IMG/VR virus record: IMGVR_UViG_3300027743_000026 | Span: 1 to 64,000 of that record | Length of the DNA stretch: 64,000 bases | Strand: one strand, 5' to 3' | Source of the DNA: a virus | Shown: piece after piece, positions 55,003-64,000 of the stretch | Layout of the letters: every line of letters begins with the position of its first letter | How positions within the stretch are numbered: position 1 is the stretch's first letter | Made by a program: the position numbers and the translations under genes | Notes under the pieces: generated by a model | What the model was told of the DNA's origin: nothing | Databases searched by the model: none | What the model saw: the letters and a program-made list of their open reading frames with translations, nothing else

Positions 55003-56582
55003 TGACCACCTACGATTCAATCGTCATCTCGTCCGGTCATGGTTTGAAGATCCGTGGTGCCGCTGGCGATCCGTCGGGATCGCCAGATGATCCATATCTC
55101 GACGAAGTCGATGAGGCCAGGAAAGTGGTCGACGCGCTCGCCGAGGCGCTTGAGCAGCGCGATGTGCGCGTGGTCGTTTTTCACGACGATACCTCGACTA
55201 CTCAGGACACGAATCTTTCGACGATAGTCGCGGCTCACAACCGGGAAGACAGGCAGCTAGATCTCAGTGTCCACTTCAATGCGTACGATCAAGGCAGCAA
55301 GTGCATGGGCACTGAGATGCTTTATATCACGCAGGGCGCACTGGCTGATGAACTGTCGTACGTCGTTTCGGAGGCTGGTGAACTGATCGACCGCGGCCCG
55401 AAGAAAAATACCGGACTCTATTTTTTAAATAATACTGACATGCCGGCCGTGCTTCTCGAGATTTGCTTCTGCGATAGCTCGTGTGACACTAATTTATATC
55501 GTGAAAACTTTGACGCCATCATCGATGCGATCGCCGATGTGCTCGGTGGTGAGGGTGATGTCACCAGGCCGCCGGAGCCGATCCCGCCGTTCGAGCCACC
55601 GCCGCGGCCCGATCGTCCTCAGCGTCCACCGCCGGTATCAGCTGAGCGACCTACTTTGGGTGAAGGCGATTCCGGTAGTGATGTAGTCGCACTGCAAAAA
55701 TCTCTTGGCCTGCCTGCCGACGGTGATTTTGGCTCCATTACCGACACACAAGTCAGAGCGTTCCAGAAAGCGGTTGGCATTACTTCTGACGGTATCGTCG
55801 GTCCCACCACCTGGAAATATGTCGACGAACTCGATCGCCGCATGCTGCAAGGCGACAGCGGTTTGCCCAAGGGGCTCGCCGCGGAAGTGATTGCACTCGC
55901 CGAGTCCTCGTCGCTGATGGATTACGAATGGCCTGGCCGTAGCGTGGCGCCGCCCGGCTATATCCCCGGCATGGCGCTTTGCTACGCGCTCGCCGTGGTG
56001 AAAATGGACCAAGACAACTCCGCTGTCATGGTGATGGGCGAAGCCGCCGGCGACCCAGATGAAGACGCGCTCGCTTGGTATGAGGACGAACTCGGCAAAC
56101 TTGATCTCGATGTTTCTGACGCCGGTGTGGAAACCCTACGTGCGCTGTTCGTGATCCTGATCGGGCTCGGCATGCGTGAATCATCCGGTCGCTACTGTGA
56201 AGGTCGCGACATGTCGGCTGACAACGTTGCGTCTGACACCTGCGAGGCAGGCCTATTTCAGACTTCCGCAAACATGCACAGCGCCAGTCCAGAAATGAAG
56301 AAGCTGTTCGATGCCTACTGGAAAGATCCTCAGGGCTTCTTGGATGTTTTCCGCGAGGATATTTACCCGACATCGTCCAACCTTGATGTCTACGGCAGTG
56401 GCAAAGGCGCTTCCTACCAGTGGCTGTCGAAGTTCAGCCCCGCATTTGCCGTCTCCACCACCGCGATCGGCTTGCGCAAGCGCAAGGCGCATTGGGGCCC
56501 AATCCAGCGCAAAGAAGTAACGCTCTCTCCCGCCGCGCGCGATCTCCTCAGAAAGATCGAAGCGCTAGTGGCGACGGTATGA
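55002..56582 (+). CDS. Modular endolysin: Amidase_3, peptidoglycan-binding and lysozyme-like domains
   Basis: S.GHG, E, SVHFNA, PAVLLE.CF; DG.FG..T...VR.FQ...DGIVGP.TW; MRESSG...GLFQ. Confidence 0.85.
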   Translation: MTTYDSIVISSGHGLKIRGAAGDPSGSPDDPYLDEVDEARKVVDALAEALEQRDVRVVVFHDDTSTTQDTNLSTIVAAHNREDRQLDLSVHFNAYDQGSKCMGTEMLYITQGALADELSYVVSEAGELIDRGPKKNTGLYFLNNTDMPAVLLEICFCDSSCDTNLYRENFDAIIDAIADVLGGEGDVTRPPEPIPPFEPPPRPDRPQRPPPVSAERPTLGEGDSGSDVVALQKSLGLPADGDFGSITDTQVRAFQKAVGITSDGIVGPTTWKYVDELDRRMLQGDSGLPKGLAAEVIALAESSSLMDYEWPGRSVAPPGYIPGMALCYALAVVKMDQDNSAVMVMGEAAGDPDEDALAWYEDELGKLDLDVSDAGVETLRALFVILIGLGMRESSGRYCEGRDMSADNVASDTCEAGLFQTSANMHSASPEMKKLFDAYWKDPQGFLDVFREDIYPTSSNLDVYGSGKGASYQWLSKFSPAFAVSTTAIGLRKRKAHWGPIQRKEVTLSPAARDLLRKIEALVATV

Positions 56583-56585
56583 CCG

Positions 56586-57191
56586 ATGAACGTCCAGTTC
56601 GCAAACCCACCGCCGCCGAAACCAGCGGCGGAGAAGGTTCGTTTTCTGCCGGCGCTGGCAGAAGCAATCACCGAATGGTTTCCCGAACTCGGCGGACGTG
56701 CGCTTGCTGTCAGCAACGCGCATATAACCAAATTGAATGTACCGACGTTGCCGCTAGTGATGGTGGCGTTCGCGCGCGGTACTGGCGACCAGGCAGCTCA
56801 AAGTTACCATCCAAGTTTCAAGCAGGTCGATAAATTCATCATTGAGTTCTGGCTGCAGCCGGAGCGTTACAAAAAAGCTAACGGCGCCGAGACACCGTTC
56901 TGGAGTTACTACGACTACGAGGCCATTCGCACCAAGCTGCTCTCCAATCTCGGACGCTGGGAGACGCCTGATGGTGAGCACATCGCCTATCGGTATCTAA
57001 CCATCGGCGCTGATGAACTTGCTGTCACGCTGTCATTTGGTTTCGACGCCACCAAGAACTTTTGTCCGATCGATCCGGCGCGGGGCGAGCCCTTCGCCAT
57101 CAGTTTTGATTTGTGCCCACCGAAAGGCTGTTGCCCCGAGGTGGAGTGCTTCGATGTCCAGGAGAACGATAAATGCGATCCGTGTCCGTAA
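56586..57191 (+). CDS. Tail terminator protein with Cys-rich C-terminus
   Basis: Position before the sheath; seven Cys in the last ~45 aa. Confidence 0.65.
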   Translation: MNVQFANPPPPKPAAEKVRFLPALAEAITEWFPELGGRALAVSNAHITKLNVPTLPLVMVAFARGTGDQAAQSYHPSFKQVDKFIIEFWLQPERYKKANGAETPFWSYYDYEAIRTKLLSNLGRWETPDGEHIAYRYLTIGADELAVTLSFGFDATKNFCPIDPARGEPFAISFDLCPPKGCCPEVECFDVQENDKCDPCP

Positions 57192-57247
57192 ATTTTAAGC
57201 CGTCCAAGCAGAAAGAAAGCAAGGACGACAACCAGAGGAGGGCCGAT

Positions 57248-57514
57248 ATGGCCAACATCTATGTCAAGTGTAAGCCCGGCCGTCGGCACTACTACGAAGG
57301 CCGTGTGATCCCAACCGACAAGTTCGTTCCGGTCGATGGCAATGATCCGTTGATTCAACGGGCGATCCATCATTGGCACGACCTCGAGGTCGAGGGCGAG
57401 GCACCGCCGCCGCCGACCGAGGGCACGGACGCGCCAACTAGACGTTCACGCGCTCGACCTGACGACCCACCGCTGATGCCTGAACATCGGCAACCATCCA
57501 CCCCGAGGGAGTGA
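57248..57514 (+). CDS. Small protein preceding the sheath gene
   Basis: GGAGG RBS; typical myovirus position. Confidence 0.55.
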   Translation: MANIYVKCKPGRRHYYEGRVIPTDKFVPVDGNDPLIQRAIHHWHDLEVEGEAPPPPTEGTDAPTRRSRARPDDPPLMPEHRQPSTPRE

Positions 57515-57571
57515 TCGGCTCGCGCCGCTCGTTCTCAAGATCCATTCGCCACCCCGAAGGAGTGATCGACC

Positions 57572-59095
57572 ATGTCGATTGACAGTCTACGAAGCGGCGC
57601 GATCGAGATCTGCTTCGATCCCAGCCTCAACGTCTACCCCAACAAGTGTCGGATCCTCATCGAGGGTCAGATGCTCGATACCGGCACTGCGCCCGACGGC
57701 GTGCTGATCAAGATGCCGTCGCTGCGCGACGTCAACGAGCTGTTCGGCGAAGGTTCGGTGATCGCCGAAGGTCTCAAGACCGCGTTTTTGTGCTGCGGCA
57801 ACAACGCCCTCGACTTCTATGCGCTCCCTCGCAAGGACGCATCAGTCGGCGCTGTCACCGGGGCGCAATACACCATCACCTTCACCGGCGAAGCCACCAC
57901 CTACGGTCGCGTCGATATGTATATAGGTGATGGTCGCTGGCGCACGTCGGATCGAGTCGTGGTCGGTACTACGGCCGATGAGGTTGCCACCCTCGTGTCG
58001 GAGACATTGACACGAGAGCCAGGCTTACCGTTCTCCGTCCTTTCCACTGCTGGTGGGGTCATCACGCTCCAGGCCAAGAACGGGGGCACTGTTGGTAACT
58101 GCATCCAAATTATCTACAATTGGCATGAGCGCCGTGACTACGCGCCAAAGGGTATCGAGTGCGAGATCGCCCAACTTCGACCGGGTGAAAACACCAGGGT
58201 CCAACCTCTCGACTACATCGCTCTGCTAGGTGAGTGCTGCTACTGCTGCATCGGGATGCTCTACGACGACACCTACTGGCAGGACGCGATGATCGCGTAC
58301 ATTGCCAACGCCTGGGATTGTTCCAAGCCTCAGTGTTTTGGCCATGGATACACGTACAATTCAGGCACGCTCGGCGAAATCATGTCGACCGACACGAACT
58401 CGGCCGAGGTCAGTCGTATCGCACAGTGCTGCACCGACCCTGGTCTCGGCTGGCTGAAGGTCGCTGCCTATGCCGCGCAGTCGTGCTGCCTGGCGGTCGA
58501 TCATCCGGAGATGAACATCCAGGGGCCGGATTTCGGCGTCCTGCGTTGTGTTCATGTTCCGGAGAGCTGCTTCCAGTGCTTCACTTACGAAGAGCAGCAA
58601 ATTCTGCAGGCTACCGGCTTTGTCGTGACCGTGCCTTATCAAGGCGGCACCGGCCATCTGACCTCGCCGATGATCGTCAACGACAGCACCAACAACCGCT
58701 ACGACGACGACATGCGGTTGAACTCGACTTGGTGGGATGTCAGCTCCCGCCGTCTCGCCGCGGTGACTGCCGATCAGATGGCGCTCGAACTCGGCAAGGT
58801 GCTTGGACTCGGACTGTTCACCAAGAACACGACGATTCCTCCGGGCATCCGAGGCACTAACCCCAAGCTCATTCTCGGGATGATCCGCACTTGGGCGAAA
58901 GCTCACATCGGCGTCTTGTTCAGTGAGTTCGACGACCTCGACAACGACATCCAGCTGCGCACCGACTTTGAGGTCGCTCCGCGGTGTCAAGGTGTCTGCG
59001 GCAAGCTGTGGGTGAACTTCATCTATCGGCCGCCGTGCCGCATTCGCAAGATCCACGTCAACGCCCAGCCGAGACTGCTGGACAACTGCTACTAA
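57572..59095 (+). CDS. Contractile tail sheath protein (Cys-rich)
   Basis: LFG.GS, IT.TG.AT..G, G.ITL.AKN.G..GN Mu-like sheath motifs; 23 Cys. Confidence 0.9.
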   Translation: MSIDSLRSGAIEICFDPSLNVYPNKCRILIEGQMLDTGTAPDGVLIKMPSLRDVNELFGEGSVIAEGLKTAFLCCGNNALDFYALPRKDASVGAVTGAQYTITFTGEATTYGRVDMYIGDGRWRTSDRVVVGTTADEVATLVSETLTREPGLPFSVLSTAGGVITLQAKNGGTVGNCIQIIYNWHERRDYAPKGIECEIAQLRPGENTRVQPLDYIALLGECCYCCIGMLYDDTYWQDAMIAYIANAWDCSKPQCFGHGYTYNSGTLGEIMSTDTNSAEVSRIAQCCTDPGLGWLKVAAYAAQSCCLAVDHPEMNIQGPDFGVLRCVHVPESCFQCFTYEEQQILQATGFVVTVPYQGGTGHLTSPMIVNDSTNNRYDDDMRLNSTWWDVSSRRLAAVTADQMALELGKVLGLGLFTKNTTIPPGIRGTNPKLILGMIRTWAKAHIGVLFSEFDDLDNDIQLRTDFEVAPRCQGVCGKLWVNFIYRPPCRIRKIHVNAQPRLLDNCY

Positions 59096-59159
59096 CCCAA
59101 CCCGCCACTAACCCAACCCGCCGTCGAGTCATATCGATCGGCTAAAGGAGAATTTTTCA

Positions 59160-59837
59160 ATGACAAACCCGACTCTCGCGATGATCATTCCTGTCGGCGG
59201 CGGCGGCGGCCCGGTTGATCCGGGCTGGGGCGGCGGGTGGGGCGGCGGCGGCCGTCCCGACAACTCGCTTCCTGGCGTCCCGGTTGACCCTGGCTTCGGC
59301 CAAGGTCGGCCGCCGGTTGATCCTGGCTATGGCCGCCCTGGTTGGTCCACCGGCCGCCCCGACAACAGCCTCCCCGGTCAGGGTGGCCGACCCGACAACA
59401 GCCTGCCGATCGCTCCGGGCCACCCCGACATTGGCCTGCCGCCGTTGCCGGTGTACCCCAGCAACGGCTTGCCGTGGGCACCAGTGCATCCAGATATCGG
59501 GTTGCCTGGTGGCCGTCTTGAGCGTCCTGACAACAGCCTGCCGGGCAGCGGTGGCCGTCCCGATCAGGGCTTGCCGCCCAGCCCCGGTCGTCCCGACCAG
59601 GGCTTGCCGGGCAGTGGCAACCGCCCCGACAACAGCCTGCCGGGTAGTCAGCCTGGCGTCGACAATACCCTGCCGGGCGAGCGTCGGCATGGATGGGTGC
59701 TCGCCTACGTGCCGCAATACGGCTGGATGTATATTCCGGTCGCAAGCGAGCCGATCCCTGTTACTGGCAACAGGCCAGATCAGGGATTGCCGCCGACCGC
59801 CGAGCCAAAATCAGCGTCGACGTCACAGCGTCGTTGA
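59160..59837 (+). CDS. Pro/Gly-rich repeat protein (RPDNSLP / PDQGLP)
   Basis: AAGGAG RBS; about 10 repeats. Confidence 0.75.
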   Translation: MTNPTLAMIIPVGGGGGPVDPGWGGGWGGGGRPDNSLPGVPVDPGFGQGRPPVDPGYGRPGWSTGRPDNSLPGQGGRPDNSLPIAPGHPDIGLPPLPVYPSNGLPWAPVHPDIGLPGGRLERPDNSLPGSGGRPDQGLPPSPGRPDQGLPGSGNRPDNSLPGSQPGVDNTLPGERRHGWVLAYVPQYGWMYIPVASEPIPVTGNRPDQGLPPTAEPKSASTSQRR

Positions 59838-59844
59838 TCACCAC

Positions 59845-59870
59845 GGGGAGCCTTCGGGCTCCTCAATTTC
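59845..59870 (+). terminator. cUUCGg hairpin, possible terminator
   Basis: GGGGAGCC-TTCG-GGCTCCTC then AATTTC. Confidence 0.55.
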
Positions 59871-59895
59871 CATTTGGGGTTAGGAGACAACGGCG

Positions 59896-60360
59896 ATGAC
59901 CTGCACAAACCAAGTGGGCGTCAAGAATATCTTGCTCACTTTCAGAGACTGCGACACCGACGCCGTGTACGGTCCGATCTCGCATCATCTATCCAGCGAA
60001 GATCTGCCGACGTGGCGACTATGCAATTACAACAACGAGCCGCTTCCCTGGGGCTACGTTAAACGTCAGCCAACCAATCCGGAGGTCGAGATCAAGGTGA
60101 TCCGCGACCTCCGCATCCCGCTCTCGATGTACCAGGGCTGCAGCGACGTCACCCTGCAGGTCGAGTATTACAACGGCCTGGTTTACTCGGCCGCGCGCGG
60201 CACCGGTACCGGTGATGAGAAGAGCGACACCCACGAAGTGACGATGACCATCGTGTTCCGGATCATCGACGAAATGCTGCCCGAGGGTACGCTCGAGCCC
60301 AACGCGGATGAGATCGCGGCAACCTTCCCGGTGCCGTACGTTCCGCCAGGAGTAACCTAA
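59896..60360 (+). CDS. Tail tube protein
   Basis: Size and position between sheath and chaperone; four Cys. Confidence 0.75.
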   Translation: MTCTNQVGVKNILLTFRDCDTDAVYGPISHHLSSEDLPTWRLCNYNNEPLPWGYVKRQPTNPEVEIKVIRDLRIPLSMYQGCSDVTLQVEYYNGLVYSAARGTGTGDEKSDTHEVTMTIVFRIIDEMLPEGTLEPNADEIAATFPVPYVPPGVT

Positions 60361-60363
60361 GTC

Positions 60364-61014
60364 ATGGCGGAAGTTACGAAACTCGAGCCGCCGAAGCAGC
60401 CCGAAAAGATTCCGATCTCCTTCCAACTAGGAGATCGGATGATCGACGGCGCCGTGGTGAAGCCTGTGACGTTTGCTGCGTACATGAGCTTCATCACGGA
60501 GGCACAAAACCTGACCTCTCCCAAAACATGGGAAGGGAAGATTCGTCGTGTGCGGATGGCCAAGCAGGTCACTTACTTCATGGCGACCGCACCGATTCAA
60601 CTCTCTATGGCGGATGTACTGCGTATGCCGATTCAAGCTGCGCGCGAAATCGCGGCTAAGCTCGATGAGAATGAGGGCAAGCCGGGTAGGATTTCGCGTC
60701 CTGGTGACGGCATCGACAAGGCCATCATCTACGAACTCGGAACGCCGATCTCGACCGGCCAGGGCAAGTCGCCGATCAGCGAGCTTGAGTTCATGGCCAA
60801 GACCTATGGTGACGTTGAAGATGTGCTAGCCGCATCGACCTCGTTTCACCAGGGTCTGCAACTGATCGAGAGCGTTGCCAAGCCGCTCGGCAGCAGTCTG
60901 ACTTTGCTGCCATCTTGGGCGGTGAATCTGATTACGTTCGCCGACGGCTTCACTATCGTTCGTGAAGTGCTACCGCATTTTCTCGGGTCGCCAACCGAGT
61001 CGCAGAGCGAGTAG
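60364..61014 (+). CDS. Tail assembly chaperone
   Basis: Position before the tape measure; -1 frame extension open to 61160. Confidence 0.7.
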   Translation: MAEVTKLEPPKQPEKIPISFQLGDRMIDGAVVKPVTFAAYMSFITEAQNLTSPKTWEGKIRRVRMAKQVTYFMATAPIQLSMADVLRMPIQAAREIAAKLDENEGKPGRISRPGDGIDKAIIYELGTPISTGQGKSPISELEFMAKTYGDVEDVLAASTSFHQGLQLIESVAKPLGSSLTLLPSWAVNLITFADGFTIVREVLPHFLGSPTESQSE

Positions 61015-61167
61015 ACGAATTCCGCTATTACTGTGCGGCGGCTGGCGATCCGAGACCTCTATCCATCCCCGTGTTGACCGTTCGGGTCAACGGCTTCCTC
61101 AAGGTACACCGGCAGGAGATGCGCAATCGCATCGTTCTTGCTGGCGGCAAAGCAAAATAGGTCAGCC

Positions 61168-64000
61168 GTGGCAAGTTTTGTTGAGCAGGCAACTCTTGTT
61201 GTCAAAGATCAGTCGACTGCGCAGATCAACAAGATCAACGCGGCACTGAAAAAGCTGTTTGCCACGGCGAACTCACTCAAGTCGATCAAGGTTGACATCA
61301 AAGTCAACGACCGCGGAATCCAAAAGGCCATCACGGACATCAATCGGCTCAAGTCCGCTATGCGGGGCTTGAGCAGCACGACGGTCAACATCAAAGCTAA
61401 CGCAGCTGGTCTGTCGAGTGCGATGCGACAGATCCAGCAGCTACGTGCCGCGGCGGCAAAACCAATCACGGTTAATACGGCAGCAGCAGCCCGCCAAGCG
61501 GCGCGGACGCCGCCGCCTAGGCCAGCTGCAGCACCACCGGCACCACCAGCAAGGCGTCCACCTGGCGCAGCACCGGCGCCACTTGGTGGGCGTGGTGGTG
61601 GCGGTGGCTATATCCGCGGTCCGATTTCGGTCACTGGCGCCGTCGCGGTTACGAATATGGACGCGATGGCGGGTGCGATAGCACGCGCCACAGGACGCGC
61701 GGCAAAGGAAGGCTACAGTCAGGTTGACACTGCCGACACCAAGATGGCGTTGCAGCAGTACAGCAAGCCGACCCAAGACGCGATCAATCTCGCCGTTGAC
61801 CAATTGCAACAGGACGCGCGGGATCGCAGAAATCCACAAACGGGTCAAGGAGGTGTGTACTGGAATCGCGCGCAACAGAAGGAATTACTTGTTGAGTCTA
61901 TGAACACTGCCGGCGGTGATGTCGCCGGCGCTTCTTGGTTGGTGAAACAAGCGGAATCCTTGGCCAAGATTGGCCATGGCATGGGGCAGACTCCCCAACA
62001 GGCGTACGAAGGCGCGCTGAGCTTCATCAAAGCCGGCGAACAGATGGGGCGCTTCCGCGACGTCGCGGGCAAGTTCGACTACGGCAGGGCTGAAGAATAT
62101 TTCAACACGATGCGTCAGGCGGCCATACAGGTCGGTCGAGAATTTACCGGCCAGCGATGGCTCACGACTATCGGTACGGCACAACAAGCGAAATACGGCC
62201 TCGACCCCAGAGGCATGATGACGATGGCGCTCGGCATGGAGGAGTCGGGTAGCAAGTTCGCCACCGGCATTAATGAGCTGATCAAGCAGTTCACTGGCGC
62301 GCGTCTCGATAAAGGCAAGCTCGCGAATCTTGAGGCGCTCGGTCTGGTCGACAAAGGCATGTTGGATTCAAAGGGTAAGCCCTTTGCAAAAACCAAGGTT
62401 CCGACCCCGAAGACGCTCATGGACGTCATGAGCAAGGGCGCGACCGATGAGGGAGAGCTGCGCAGGAATATCCACGGTTGGGTGCAGGACCACGTCAAGC
62501 CAGCGATGCAAAAGCTGGGCTTGGATATCAATAAACAGGCTGACCTCACTCAGTTTGCCGCAAAGTTTGCCGGAAAGACTACTAGCGGCAAAGGTACTGA
62601 CGCTCTCGTTAATCTGATCCAGCGTTCGCAGGAATGGGAGCAAGATATAAACCGCGCGCTGCTGCGCAGAGGTGATATCGAGGCTGGAGAAGCGGCGACG
62701 GAGGGATCTGGCCGAATTGCCGGTCAAGCGCTCAAGAATCAAATTCAGTCCACGCTCGGTGAAACCATCAACAAGATGGAGACCACATTCGTACCGCTCG
62801 CCTCGGGCATGGCCGAGAAGCTCAGCAAAGCGTCCGAGGCCATCAGCAAAGGCGAAGCACCGGACGCGCCTACGATGTTGGCCGCGGCAACTGCGGCAGC
62901 AGCAGCTGTCCCAGCGATAAGCCTGATGGGCATGGCGCAGGGCATACGCGCGTCGATGAGTGAAGACCCGGCGGTGTCATCGTTAGGTTCGGCTGGCACT
63001 TCGCTGAATGCAGCCGGTAGCGCGCTGACTTTTGCCGCGGGTGCGTTGGCGGCGGCAGCAGGCGTGAAACTGCCTACTGATATGACGCCAGGTGGACCTG
63101 ATAGTAAGAGGCCGGGTACGAGGCCTGGCGCGCCTAAACCAACGATGCCAGAAGCGCCGAAGGTGCCACCTGGCGGACCAACTGGCGGACCCGCATCACG
63201 AATTGGAACTGCCCTGAGGTGGTTGTTGCGTCCGGCGGCGCTCGCCGTAGGTGCTGTGACCGGTGTCACGGCGGCGACAATCTTAGCGCTGTCGACGCGA
63301 CCGGTGGGTGGCAAGAGCAACCAACCTGAGTTGGAGCGGCTCAATGATTCTTTGGAGGATTACAATAAAATTGCTCGACGGTACACGGAAGCGGAGGCCG
63401 AGAAGAAGAAGCTTACTGAAGGTGTGACAAGTGGAGAAATTAAACCGGATCAATACGAGGCAACGCGGGCCAAAATCAATGCCCTCAATGCTGAGCTACT
63501 TGGTCTGGAACAGCGAGCGGCAGCGGCTCGCAAGATCATCGAGGGAGAAGGCAAAACCTTGATGGAGCGGGCTGCTGAACAGGCGAAGAAAGACGCAGCG
63601 GAAGCTGAAGCCGATAAGAAAAAGAAGGCCACCGCCGAAAAGGCTCGGATGACAGAGCTAGAGAGACAAGCCGCTGAGCGGCGCGCAGCAGCAAAAAAGC
63701 GGGGCGAAGAGCAACCTGACCCCAACAAGGTGTATCCAGAGCCGAAGCCGAGCACGCCATACGTTCCCAAACCGCCGCTACCGCCCGGTGAGGTGGTGCC
63801 GGTGAAAGTTGTCGACCAAGAGGGAGGACCAAGAGCAGATGGTAAAGTTCTTGGTCCACCGCCGGGAGGCGTAACGCCGGCGCAAGCCGCAACATCTCAG
63901 ATCGACCTCGCTGGTCAGCTCACATCGGCTGCGCCCGCCATCGGCGCGGCAATGGCCGAGCCCATACTCGCGGCGTCTTTGAGCATCGGAGAAGCGATCG
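61168..64000 (+). CDS. Tape measure protein (runs off the window; not in ORF track)
   Basis: GTG start MASFVEQATLVVKDQST..; Ala-rich helical frame, checked open at both ends. Confidence 0.85.
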   Translation, partial: MASFVEQATLVVKDQSTAQINKINAALKKLFATANSLKSIKVDIKVNDRGIQKAITDINRLKSAMRGLSSTTVNIKANAAGLSSAMRQIQQLRAAAAKPITVNTAAAARQAARTPPPRPAAAPPAPPARRPPGAAPAPLGGRGGGGGYIRGPISVTGAVAVTNMDAMAGAIARATGRAAKEGYSQVDTADTKMALQQYSKPTQDAINLAVDQLQQDARDRRNPQTGQGGVYWNRAQQKELLVESMNTAGGDVAGASWLVKQAESLAKIGHGMGQTPQQAYEGALSFIKAGEQMGRFRDVAGKFDYGRAEEYFNTMRQAAIQVGREFTGQRWLTTIGTAQQAKYGLDPRGMMTMALGMEESGSKFATGINELIKQFTGARLDKGKLANLEALGLVDKGMLDSKGKPFAKTKVPTPKTLMDVMSKGATDEGELRRNIHGWVQDHVKPAMQKLGLDINKQADLTQFAAKFAGKTTSGKGTDALVNLIQRSQEWEQDINRALLRRGDIEAGEAATEGSGRIAGQALKNQIQSTLGETINKMETTFVPLASGMAEKLSKASEAISKGEAPDAPTMLAAATAAAAAVPAISLMGMAQGIRASMSEDPAVSSLGSAGTSLNAAGSALTFAAGALAAAAGVKLPTDMTPGGPDSKRPGTRPGAPKPTMPEAPKVPPGGPTGGPASRIGTALRWLLRPAALAVGAVTGVTAATILALSTRPVGGKSNQPELERLNDSLEDYNKIARRYTEAEAEKKKLTEGVTSGEIKPDQYEATRAKINALNAELLGLEQRAAAARKIIEGEGKTLMERAAEQAKKDAAEAEADKKKKATAEKARMTELERQAAERRAAAKKRGEEQPDPNKVYPEPKPSTPYVPKPPLPPGEVVPVKVVDQEGGPRADGKVLGPPPGGVTPAQAATSQIDLAGQLTSAAPAIGAAMAEPILAASLSIGEAI

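Noticed and set aside
1-64000. Integrase, tRNA, rRNA or IS elements
   Set aside because: None recognisable by eye; lifestyle cannot be settled because part of the genome lies outside the window.

Overview
The whole window is a tailed-phage genome segment, probably most of a roughly 70 kb myovirus of soil Alphaproteobacteria. The host is likely Hyphomicrobiales, inferred from VPLPA-CTERM, PsiF-like and NusG-paralogue genes and from GANTC patterns. Layout: tail fibre/receptor-binding cluster (1-7.6 kb, +); small accessory genes (8-20 kb, mostly -); SNF2 helicase, HNH and VRR-NUC nucleases (-); Cro-like regulator, methyltransferase, family A DNA polymerase, PD-(D/E)XK exonuclease, SSB, primase-helicase, candidate origin and NusG paralogue (23-36.6 kb, +); a counter-oriented array of self-contained early gene cassettes (37.4-42.0 kb, -); then terminase, portal, protease, capsid, collar, neck, endolysin, sheath, tube and tape measure (42.2-64 kb, +). 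The structural proteins are very Cys-rich and, from memory, resemble the disulfide-crosslinked Agrobacterium phage Milano/7-7-1 type. The main candidate new system is an RNA regulon. Nine dispersed early genes share a 5' leader with a covarying hairpin (loop (U/A)UGAAG) just before an ACCAGGAG ribosome-binding site. A roughly 115-nt structured non-coding segment at 14675-14790, next to an RHH regulator gene, displays the complements of both elements in the correct antiparallel order. This suggests a bipartite antisense RNA, C4/CI-like in logic, acting on many targets. Also notable: two phage-encoded VPLPA-CTERM surface proteins with their own shared leader hairpin, and strong GANTC enrichment confined to the early cassette region. 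Family assignments are by motif recognition only; no searches were run.
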